Positions 19,303 through 27,675 of a stretch of 64,000 bases of DNA are shown one piece after another. Every line of letters begins with the position of its first letter. The stretch's first letter is position 1. The notes beneath the pieces were generated by a model. It was not told the DNA's origin and did no database searches. It saw only the letters and a program-made list of their open reading frames with translations. The stretch is from an uncultured Eubacteriales bacterium (GTDB lineage Bacteria; Bacillota; JAAYKD01), in assembly GCA_964425745.1 (NCBI GenBank), contig CAYRNW010000012.1, positions 250 to 64,249 of the forward strand. The letters are read 5' to 3'. The position numbers and the translations under genes were made by a program.

Positions 19303-19950
19303 TTATTCTTGTTTGGTTGAATCTTCTTTGATAGAATTAGCTTCCAATTGTTGGCGCATGCTTTCCAATTCGGCTTCCAGTTCTTTTGTGCGTTGGGCCT
19401 TCTTGCGTTCAAACAGGGTTCGTCTCAAAATGTCATAAAGGATGAATGATAACAAGGGTAATGCGATGAAGAGTGCCATGCCGACCGGGGTTTGCATAAA
19501 CATGGCAAAGTTGCCCAGTTTTGAGATACGATATAAGTAGACACCTTCGAGTTGTTCTACTGTTACCGGTCTGCGGTCGTTCACGTTGTTGTTATCACCT
19601 TTGGTGATGAAGCGAAGTTCTTGATCTGCTCCCTCAACTTGAACGATTCTGTGTGTAATCACTGCGGTGCCTTCTCTGAATGCAATCACATCGCCGACCT
19701 GAAGGCTATCTGCCTCTACCTCCTTCACCATGACTAAATCGCCTGAATAAAATACCGGTTCCATGGACCCTGTTAAGACAATGAAGGGTTTGTAGCCCAT
19801 GAAGCTGGGCACTTCCTCCGGGTAGAGAAACGACTTTACGATGAGAGTAATGTTTACAACTAAGGCAGGGATGAGAATGATGCAGAGGATGATCCCGAAG
19901 ATGGTTCCGATTCCCACCCTGCTCTTCTTATTGCTCTCCGTTTCACTCAC
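19303..19950 (-). CDS. sipW: Signal peptidase I, SipW (S26B), with C-terminal coiled coil
   Basis: LTGSMEP, ITHRIV, TKGDNN; TM segments; tail KELEAELESMRQQLE. GTG at 19950 follows SD GGGGG (ORF track uses TTG at 19971). Confidence 0.9.
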   Translation of the reverse strand: MSETESNKKSRVGIGTIFGIILCIILIPALVVNITLIVKSFLYPEEVPSFMGYKPFIVLTGSMEPVFYSGDLVMVKEVEADSLQVGDVIAFREGTAVITHRIVQVEGADQELRFITKGDNNNVNDRRPVTVEQLEGVYLYRISKLGNFAMFMQTPVGMALFIALPLLSFILYDILRRTLFERKKAQRTKELEAELESMRQQLEANSIKEDSTKQE

Positions 19951-20001
19951 ATATAAAACCCCCTGTTCCAAAGTTTGTTTTGAATACTCCGGCAGCTAAT
20001 T

Positions 20002-20112
20002 AAAAAAAGTCCGACCGCAAGAAGATTGCGGTCGGACGATCATGACACAATTTTGTGCTTTAGATTCCAGACTTTGCGTCCTATTTTTTCAAATAGTTTG
20101 CCAAAAGTTAAA
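20002..20112 (-). ncRNA. c-di-GMP-I riboswitch with overlapping terminator, upstream of the sipW operon
   Basis: Minus strand reads GGCAAACTATTT-GAAA-AAATAG-GACGCAAAGTCTGGAATCTAA...ATGATCGTCCGACCGCAA-TCTTC-TTGCGGTCGGAC-T7; nearly identical to the copy at 7809. Confidence 0.9.
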
Positions 20113-20150
20113 TTCAATTTTGATTCTATGACGTTTAGTTCCTTACTGAG

Positions 20151-20179
20151 ATTGTATATCAGTTGAGAATAAAAGTCAA
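20151..20179 (-). promoter_or_regulatory. Sigma-A promoter for the sipW operon
   Basis: TTGACT, 17 nt spacer, TACAAT. Confidence 0.7.
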
Positions 20180-20330
20180 TAGAATCTTGTGTAAAGTTCT
20201 AGAAAAATTTTCTGCATCCCCTGCTTTTTTTGTAACCTACTCTCAATAGGCCTTTTTGTATAACTCCCTACAAATTCTCCAGTGAATTGGTATTTCCTTC
20301 CTCAATTTTTGAAAATTTTGAAAATATTTT

Positions 20331-21035
20331 TCAAATCGTACTTTGCTGATCTTTACGAAATGTAGCTGGCGGTTGCCCTACCGTTTGAGCAAAAGCACGG
20401 GTAAACGCAGCCGGGTTCTGATACCCCACTTGTAAAGCAATTTCGAGCATGGAATACTGCGTTGTCAGCAACAATTCCTTGGCTTTTTCCATGCGGACTT
20501 TGCGAATGTATTGTCCCGGACTAATTCCGGTTTGATGTTTGAACCATTCATTATAATAAGAAAGATTATAATTTTCCAATTTCGCCAGCTGGGAAACGCT
20601 AATATTTTCATCGTAATGCTCCCTTATATAACGAAGGGAGTCGGGTCTGTGGTATTCTACGAGTTTATCGTACAAATAGTAAAACAAATAGCGAATTGTG
20701 TTGCCGGTTGGACCGTTAGAAATCTCGTCCTTGATCAGTTCAATTAAATTTACGAGCGGTCCTAAGACCGGGAAAACGATTTGATTGGTCAAACTCTGCA
20801 TGTCTTCTTTCTTGATCATATCGGGCGGGATGTTGATAATCAAGACTCGATTTTTACACAAACACAAATGTTCGATGTTCGGTGGAATAAAAGCAAGTTC
20901 ATTCGTACGAATCATATGGGTAGAACCATTGCAATAAAGTTCTAACGTATCATTCAAGGGCAAGAAGATCTGAGCATGTTCATGTTTGTGACGTTCCGAA
21001 GAGTCACTTAAAATGTAACAATCAAGCTTTGTCAT
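20331..21035 (-). CDS. AraC-family transcriptional regulator
   Basis: Cupin-like N-terminus (HKHEHAQ); C-terminal double HTH with YIRKVRMEKAKELL and IALQVGYQNPAAFTRAF. Confidence 0.92.
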   Translation of the reverse strand: MTKLDCYILSDSSERHKHEHAQIFLPLNDTLELYCNGSTHMIRTNELAFIPPNIEHLCLCKNRVLIINIPPDMIKKEDMQSLTNQIVFPVLGPLVNLIELIKDEISNGPTGNTIRYLFYYLYDKLVEYHRPDSLRYIREHYDENISVSQLAKLENYNLSYYNEWFKHQTGISPGQYIRKVRMEKAKELLLTTQYSMLEIALQVGYQNPAAFTRAFAQTVGQPPATFRKDQQSTI

Positions 21036-21049
21036 GCCCTCACCTCACA

Positions 21050-22102
21050 CTACCCCAAATACTGCTCTAAATCCTTTTTATTGGTCGCTGCAGCATACGC
21101 GCTGTTGCGGCTAATAATCCCTTCACGCACCAAACGTGCTAAATCGCTGTTCAGCGTATGCATCCCTAAAGCAGCCCCACTTTGCATTTGCGAATCCAAT
21201 TGATGAATTTTATTTTCTCGAATCATGTGGGCAACTCCTTCGTTCACCACCAAAATTTCAGTAGCCACGACACGACCATTGCCATCTTGACGCGGAATGA
21301 GCTGTTGGGTAATCACGCCCTTTAAGATTCCCGACATTTGGGTTCGGATTTGCGATTGAGCCGCCGGGGGGCAAGCGTCGATTACACGATCAATGGTTTG
21401 GGCAGCACCAATGGTATGCAAGGTGCTCAGTACGAGATGCCCGGTTTCGGCAGCGGTAACAGCCGCCGAGATGGTCTCATAATCGCGCATTTCTCCTACC
21501 AACATGGCATCCGGATCTTCCCGCAAGGCAGAACGCAGGGCTTTCGCAAAGGAAGGGACGTCTTTGCCCACTTCGCGTTGGTGGATCAAACTCCTTTTGG
21601 GTTCATAGACATATTCAATGGGGTCTTCTACGGTTAAGACATGGTGGCTTTTGTTTTGGTTCAGAAATTCAATCATGGCAGCTAAGGTTGTTGATTTACC
21701 ACTTCCGGTGGGTCCGGTCACCAAAATCAGCCCTCTTGGTTCTTCTACCAGAGTTTGTAAAACATTTGGTAAGCCAAGGGCTGTTAATGAAGGAATCTTT
21801 TGATTGAGCAAACGGATCGCCGTGGTCGCTCTCCCCTGCTGCTTGTAGACATTGGCGCGGTGTCTAAATTCGCCTAAGGTAAAAGCAAAATCATGGTCGG
21901 TCAAATTCTCTAAGGCTTCTTGGGTATCGAATTGCAACATCTCACGGATCATGGCTTCGCTTTCGGCAGAAGTCACTTCAAAAGGGGCCGGTTGTAATTG
22001 ACCGTTGATTCGATACACCACCGGTAACCCTACCGAAATATGAACATCGGAGCTGCCCATTTGGCGTGCTACCGAAATAACATGAGCTAAATTAACAGAC
22101 AT
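21050..22102 (-). CDS. pilT: Type IV pilus retraction ATPase PilT
   Basis: [48 protein letters not shown]; full length (350 aa). Confidence 0.93.
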   Translation of the reverse strand: MSVNLAHVISVARQMGSSDVHISVGLPVVYRINGQLQPAPFEVTSAESEAMIREMLQFDTQEALENLTDHDFAFTLGEFRHRANVYKQQGRATTAIRLLNQKIPSLTALGLPNVLQTLVEEPRGLILVTGPTGSGKSTTLAAMIEFLNQNKSHHVLTVEDPIEYVYEPKRSLIHQREVGKDVPSFAKALRSALREDPDAMLVGEMRDYETISAAVTAAETGHLVLSTLHTIGAAQTIDRVIDACPPAAQSQIRTQMSGILKGVITQQLIPRQDGNGRVVATEILVVNEGVAHMIRENKIHQLDSQMQSGAALGMHTLNSDLARLVREGIISRNSAYAAATNKKDLEQYLG

Positions 22103-22114
22103 GGTTTCTCCCCC

Positions 22115-23602
22115 TTAGACATAGTAGATCAGTTTCAGCACTTCTTCATAGGGAATAATCCCTTGACGTAAGAGATCCAAGCCTTGTTCCAACAAGGTTT
22201 TCATTCCCTGAACGTTGCGGGCGTAGGCGTCCACTTCATCCATGGGGGCATTGCGAGCGATCATCCCGCGTAATTCTTTGTCAATTCCCACCACTTCGTG
22301 CACGGCAATGCGTCCGGAAAAGCCTGTGTTTTTACAGCTGGGGCAGCCTTTGCTGCGGTAGGTGTGTTGAATTCCGGGAGGCAACCATTTGCGCTCCAGC
22401 GGGGTTACTTCGAATTCCTCTCTGCACTGCACACAGTTTTTTCGCATTAAGCGCTGCGCCACTAAGCCAACCAATGAGTTTGCAATCAGATAGTTTTCTA
22501 AGCCCATATCACGCAACCGCACGATGGAGGAGGTGGCATTGTTGGTATGCAAGGTTGAAAAGACAACGTGACCGGTAATGGCCGCTCGGACCGAAATTGA
22601 AGCCGTTTCAGCGTCTCGAGTCTCCCCAACCATGATGATATCGGGGTCTTGCCGCAGTAAAGCTCGCAACCCGGTTTCAAAGGTCAGTCCTGCTACAGGA
22701 TTGGTTTGAGTTTGGTTGATGCCCCTAATGTTCTTCTCTACCGGGTCCTCTATGGTAGAAATATTCACATTACGGCGCGATAAATATTCCAATACCATAT
22801 AAAGCGTCGTGGATTTACCCGAACCGGTGGGTTCGGAAATGTCCGTCTTGAGGCAGGCGCTTTTCGGTGATATCTAAATTGGCCATAATTTTTATGCGTG
22901 CCATGAGGGAGGGGTGAAGGGATTTCTGCAAGTTCATGTATTCAATCATCACGCCATCGACCCTCATACGCACAGCCGTTTCTTCCTCAAAAGGCTCAAT
23001 GTGAATATCACTGGCCTGCATGGTGTAAGCACGTTGGATGAGGCTGTCAATCAGGCGAATGGTGGGAGCATCGCTGGTTTCAGCATCGGTAATGACCATG
23101 GCTTCCGATAAAAATTTACCGGCATCCACCACCGTGGTTTGGTTCGCCGTTTGCATGGCTCTCCGGGCGTAACTTCTGAATAGTAATATTCAATGGATTT
23201 TTTCAAAGGAGCGCTTTCACCAATTTGCACATCCAGCGTTTTTTCAGTGATTTGACGAATATCTTCTAAGGCATAGAAGTTCAAAGGATCACTGGTGACA
23301 ATGGTCAAGACATTGGCGTTGACCTTCACGCCTAAAATAACGTATTTCTCTGCCAATTGGCGGGGGATAAGTTGCACTGCCTCAATATCGATGCTTAAGC
23401 GTTCCACCTCGGCAACTTTGAGCTCTAATTGTTGTGCCAATGTTTGCATTAATTGCTTTTCAGTAATAAAGCCCAATTCAATTAGGGCAGCACCAATGCG
23501 CAAGTGAGTATGGACCTTTTGGTATTCTAGGACCTCACGCAACTGATATTCCGAGATATACCCTAAATTCTTCAGTAATTCTCCTAAGGGTAAATTTTTC
23601 AT
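22115..23602 (-). pseudogene. pilB: Type IV pilus assembly ATPase PilB, disrupted
   Basis: Three fragments. A frameshift near 23165 (EVT then out-of-frame RRAMQ). A frame-shifting deletion near 22830 joins PQDGHFRT directly to PTGSGKSTT, removing the segment normally between them. C-terminal TIEDPVE and [12 protein letters not shown] are intact. Confidence 0.88.
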
Positions 23603-23617
23603 AAAAACCTCTTCTCG

Positions 23618-24232
23618 CTACTTACGAAACATATAAATTGCAAACGACCCTTGAATAGTGCCAATAAAGTCGGGGTCAAAGCTTGCGTTATTGGTTAAAT
23701 CTTCTTGAAAGCTATAGTGTAGGACTCGCAAATATTTATGATTTTGTTCAATCCCTTGTAGCATATCAAAGAAATTTCGGGCAGAACCTTCACAAACAAA
23801 ACGCACTTCGGCCATGGGCAACGTTCCTTTGTTGGCAGCAGTTGCTGCTTCGGAGAACTGGTAGGCAACCACCGGCTTTTCAACAGCTTCTGTTAGAATA
23901 AGGTTTTGAGGAGTTAAGCCATATTGTTGAAGCAACGTTGTTACTAAATGATCCATTTGATCGGTGCTCATGGGGTCGGGCAAATCAGCTCGGAATGCGG
24001 CTAATTTTTCCTGGACTTTTTCTAATTGCACTGGTACATCTTTACCACTGTTAATCGTCAATTCCATTTGACGCACGCTGGCTTGGGCGCTGCCAAGCTC
24101 ATCTTTGAGCTCCTGATTTCGATTCAAAAAGGGTAAAAGAACAAAATTCGTCCAAGCCGCTAAGATTAAAACTGCGAGTAGCAAGGCCAACATAATTTTG
24201 TCACGAGAAGTGATGCGAAGATCAATCTTCAT
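23618..24232 (-). CDS. PilO-like type IV pilus assembly protein
   Basis: N-terminal TM, coiled coil, then a ferredoxin-like domain; position between a pilN-like gene and pilB. Confidence 0.65.
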   Translation of the reverse strand: MKIDLRITSRDKIMLALLLAVLILAAWTNFVLLPFLNRNQELKDELGSAQASVRQMELTINSGKDVPVQLEKVQEKLAAFRADLPDPMSTDQMDHLVTTLLQQYGLTPQNLILTEAVEKPVVAYQFSEAATAANKGTLPMAEVRFVCEGSARNFFDMLQGIEQNHKYLRVLHYSFQEDLTNNASFDPDFIGTIQGSFAIYMFRK

Positions 24233-24256
24233 TCCAGCACCTCCTTGCCTGCGTTG

Positions 24257-24625
24257 CTACGCAAGACACACTGAAAAAATCTGCTGTAGTAGATACCAGT
24301 TAGCTCTTGGATAGGACTCCATGGCGGAAAATGCATCCATAAGATTGGTTACCTGGATATTGGCCTCTTGCAGTTGCTCTCTATTGCGAACTACTTCACT
24401 TTGCGTTGCCACTAGGGTCGGATTTTCCAAATATCCTTGAACCAATGCGTTTAATTCGAGTTCTAGAGCTTGATTCTGAGTGTAAAGCCAATAGCTGACA
24501 CCGCTGGCGACAATGACAAATAAAACCATAAGCAAGGAGTAAATGGGCCAAAAGCCCCATTTCTTTGCTGGTTTTTGTTGGTATCGTTGATAAAAATTAA
24601 AATCCTTTTTCTGCAAGGTAGCCAT
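24257..24625 (-). pseudogene. PilN-like protein, apparently C-terminally truncated
   Basis: K-D-F-N-F N-terminus, TM and coiled coil typical of PilN, but it ends at 122 aa just where the PilN core domain should begin. Confidence 0.55.
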
Positions 24626-24629
24626 GGCT

Positions 24630-25418
24630 TCACCTCCTCATGAAATCTCCAACCAGATAAACAATATCGCTGAAGCGCTTGCCGTAGGTATTTTTTTTGA
24701 ATTGTATTCGCGGATCTTCCGGGAGAAGCTGAGCATTCAAGCCAAGATTCTGAACTCCTGGTCTGCAGAAATCCACTACTTCCTCGCTACAACCGCAAAA
24801 ATAAGCGTCGGTAATGGTAAAGCCATTGCTGTCAACCGCTTAGAATTGCTGAATCGATGAAACGGCGCGCTGAATGGCGGTGGCAAATTCATCGTTATTG
24901 GGTTGAGCCAACAGCCTTGTTCGGCTTGAATATTTGTAAAATCCATTCTCCAATAAGATGGTAAGCAGATTATCGCCATTAAAAATCAACAAAAGGCATG
25001 TTCTTTTCTGAAAAATGGGCAGAAAGCTGATCAGTTTCAAAATTCCCCCAAGGGCGGTATCGATACTTCTCACTTGCAGCTTTGCTTGACGGAACAGTTC
25101 TACATAGCTGTGAATAAAGCTACGCTCGACACCACAGCACAAAATATCTTGCATTTTCGGGTTTGAGGGAGTATCGCGCAAAACCATATAATCAAAAATT
25201 GGCTCGTTATACCGTTCGTTTCCGGAAAACTCATTTTTTACCAACGCCTGCATGGCTGTATCTCTCAGTTTTGGTAATTGTGCATTTTTCAGCTGAAACT
25301 GAGTGCTATCGATCACAATTTGGAGTTTCCCACGAGACAAATGATGATTATCCCAAAGATGCTTTAGACTTTCTAAAACCATCATCCGTTGATTCGACAT
25401 AAATAAGACCGTACTCAC
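24630..25418 (-). pseudogene. pilM: PilM-like protein with in-frame stop
   Basis: In-frame TAA at 24840-24842. The same frame continues AVDSNGFTITDAYFCGC...GDFMRR to TGA at 24630-24632. The N-terminus also looks shortened. Confidence 0.7.
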
Positions 25419-25435
25419 TTGATCACTTCCTTTTG

Positions 25436-26576
25436 CTATTGAATACTACCATACATCTGAAAGATCGGCATCATGACAGCCAACATGACAAAGCCAATGA
25501 TTACCGCCATTATGATTAACATAATCGGTTCAACCATGGTCGTCATTTTAGATAACGAAATCTCACTTTCGTAATCTAAACTTGCTGAAATCACATTCAG
25601 CATATGTTCTAAATTTCCGGTTTCTTCTCCTACAAAAATTGTGGAGGTCAGTTTTTGCACAAATCCATCGATTTTTCCTACCGCGTCCGCTAGAGTTCCT
25701 CCGCGTCGTACCGCAATAATTACATCTTCAAATTGAGCCGAAATGAAACGGTTTCCCACCGTTGTTTTGCCTACTTGTAAACACAACAATACCGGCATCC
25801 CACTGGAATAGAGCGAACTCAAAGTTCTGGCAAAACGGGCGGTATAGATCGTGCGCATTAAACGACGAATCGGTTTGAACCGAATCTTGAATTCGTCCAT
25901 TTCATATGCCACTTGCGGTAACCGCATGAAGGCTTGAAATAAGAAGACAAAAACTGCAGAAGCTGCAATGGCGATATACCAGTAATGACTCATAAACTCA
26001 CTAGCATTCATGACCACGCGGGTGGGCAAAGGTAACAATGATCACCACGGCAGCCAAGGTCAATAAGCCTAAAATCATGGGGTAGGTCATAGCACCACTG
26101 ATTTTTTGATTCATGCGATGATCTTTTTCAAAATATTCCCCCATGCGAGCAAGGGTTTGATCGAGGCTGCCGCTGATTTCCGCAGCTGCGACCATTTGCA
26201 CCAGCAGTTCCGGAAAAGCCGGAGCTTAGGAGCCCATGGCAACCGATAAAGCAACGCCCTGGCGAATTTGTACCTGCAGTTCATCATAGACTGCACGGGT
26301 TGATTCGGGTAGCTCTTCTTCCAACGATAAAATGTTTAAAGCACGCACTAAGGATACACCTGCGTGGAGCAAGGTTCCCATTTGCGTGCAAAAAGAGACC
26401 ACCGCCGGAAGCTTAAGTCGCTGATGACCGCTTCGCTGTTGGACCGGTTCGATGGACGTTGCAAAGATGCCTGTTTCTTGCAATTTTAAATAAAGTTGGT
26501 GGTCGTCCATGGCGTCCGCGGTGCCTTTAAGGGCTTTGCCAGCGGAGTTATAGCCATTGTACTGAAATTTCGGCAT
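25436..26576 (-). pseudogene. pilC: Type IV pilus platform protein PilC (GspF family), disrupted
   Basis: In-frame TAA at 26226-26228 (AMGS*APAFPELLVQM) and a frame-shifting deletion near 26030. The motifs GEISGSL-type, YPMIL, LPLPTR and GEETGNL are present. Confidence 0.88.
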
Positions 26577-26611
26577 GACGTCTCCCTACTTTGCTGGAGT
26601 ACTCTCCCGCC

Positions 26612-26674
26612 GCAAAAAGATCCTTCCGGGCACTCATGACCAAGGTCAAAGGTGCCCTTCAGGAAGCTTTTTGC
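26612..26674. repeat. Dispersed ~65-bp palindromic element, copy 1 (in the pil operon leader)
   Basis: GCAAAAAG-ATC-CTTCC-GGGCAC-TCA-TGACC-AA-GGTCA-AAG-GTGCCC-TTCA-GGAAG-CTTTTTGC; colinear with the reverse complement of 63716-63783. Confidence 0.7.
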
Positions 26675-26738
26675 TTATTTAGCTTTCTAATTAATTTTCT
26701 TCCTTTTAATGACAGGGAATTTTATCCTCGTACAATGA

Positions 26739-26767
26739 GTTATACAAGCATAATTGTATGCTGTCAA
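26739..26767 (-). promoter_or_regulatory. Sigma-A promoter for the pil operon
   Basis: TTGACA, 17 nt spacer, TATAAC. Confidence 0.65.
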
Positions 26768-26900
26768 CGTTTTTTTTGATAATTGAGAAGGATTTTCGGA
26801 TTTTATTGAGTAAATTTAGCTAATAGTAGTCATTCCTATTTATGGTAATTGAAATTAAAATAACATTAATGTAACTTGTAAAGTAACTAATTTTGTACAC

Positions 26901-26927
26901 AAAAAAACCACCGCACTTCTGCAGTGG
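26901..26927 (-). terminator. Terminator of the tRNA-Met operon
   Basis: CCACTGCA-GAAG-TGCGGTGG followed by T7 on the minus strand. Confidence 0.8.
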
Positions 26928-26940
26928 AACGTATGTCGTT

Positions 26941-27016
26941 TGGTAGCGGAGGTCGGATTTGAACCAACGACACAGCGGGTATGAACCGCTTGCTCTGCCA
27001 GCTGAGCTACTCCGCC
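26941..27016 (-). tRNA. tRNA-Met(CAT), elongator type
   Basis: GGCGGAGTAGCTCAGCTGG...CGGTTCATACCCG...GGTTCAAATCC...CTACCA cloverleaf. Confidence 0.92.
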
Positions 27017-27026
27017 AAGAGTAAGA

Positions 27027-27103
<77 letters not shown>

Positions 27104-27121
27104 ATTTCTACTGGCCTGTGT

Positions 27122-27150
27122 ATTATACGATAAGTTGGTTACGATGTCAA
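27122..27150 (-). promoter_or_regulatory. Sigma-A promoter of the tRNA-Met pair
   Basis: Consensus TTGACA, 17 nt spacer, TATAAT. Confidence 0.8.
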
Positions 27151-27241
27151 GTGTGAGCACAAATTTCTTTTACTATGAAAAAATACGATTCCCTCTCTTT
27201 ACAAGGGCGGTTGATTGTGCTAAAATACTCCTTGTTCTCAC

Positions 27242-27317
27242 GGGTCATTAGCTCAGCTGGTAGAGCAGCTGACTCTTAATCAGCCTGTCCGGGGTTCGAA
27301 TCCCTGATGGCCCACCA
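27242..27317 (+). tRNA. tRNA-Lys(CTT)
   Basis: GGGTCATTAGCTCAGCTGGTAGAGCAGCTGACTCTTAATCAGC...GGTTCGAATCCCTGATGGCCCACCA; preceded by TTTACA-17-TAAAAT and followed by a hairpin plus T tract. Confidence 0.95.
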
Positions 27318-27369
27318 AAACTCTCTTTGCACATGCAGAGAGAGTTTTCCTTTTTTTTGAAATTTCCTC

Positions 27370-27398
27370 TTGACAAATGAAATCGTTGCCTTTATACT
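27370..27398 (+). promoter_or_regulatory. Sigma-A promoter of the ABC importer operon
   Basis: TTGACA, 17 nt spacer, TATACT. Confidence 0.8.
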
Positions 27399-27430
27399 GA
27401 CACAAACACTAAGGCAAGGGGGAAACCACA

Positions 27431-27538
27431 ATGAGTAAGAATTTACAAAATTCTTCTTTCGCAGGTTTCTATTCCTATGCCTATTTTTATTATTTTAGCA
27501 GCACCGGGCGGAATCGACGGATCCAGCCTGTTCGTTGA
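27431..27538 (+). CDS. Tyr/Phe-rich attenuator leader peptide (35 aa)
   Basis: SD GGGGGA; MSKNLQNSSFAGFYSYAYFYYFSSTGRNRRIQPVR*; 5 Tyr and 4 Phe within residues 10-22; lies between the promoter and a terminator. Confidence 0.8.
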   Translation: MSKNLQNSSFAGFYSYAYFYYFSSTGRNRRIQPVR

Positions 27539-27559
27539 GCTACCTAAAAAGGAGCTAAC

Positions 27560-27594
27560 AACAGCCTCGTCGGTTTCGACGGGGCTGTTTTTTT
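27560..27594 (+). terminator. Attenuator terminator
   Basis: AACAGCCTCGTCG-GTTT-CGACGGGGCTGTT followed by a T run, upstream of the first structural gene. Confidence 0.85.
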
Positions 27595-27675
27595 ATACTT
27601 TTTTAGACGTTGTTACCTGATCCGGTCTGGCCAGACGGATTTAGATAAAAAAATTAATGAGGAGACGATTTTATC

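Noticed and set aside
22815-23200. Programmed frameshifting as an explanation for split pilB
   Set aside because: No slippery heptamer is present, conserved sequence is physically missing at the second junction, and neighbouring genes carry nonsense codons.
27506-27518. T-box-like GGGCGGAATCG in the ABC importer leader
   Set aside because: It lacks the UGGN needed to pair with tRNA NCCA, and I see no Stem I motifs; the leader peptide explains the region better. A degenerate T-box remnant cannot be excluded.
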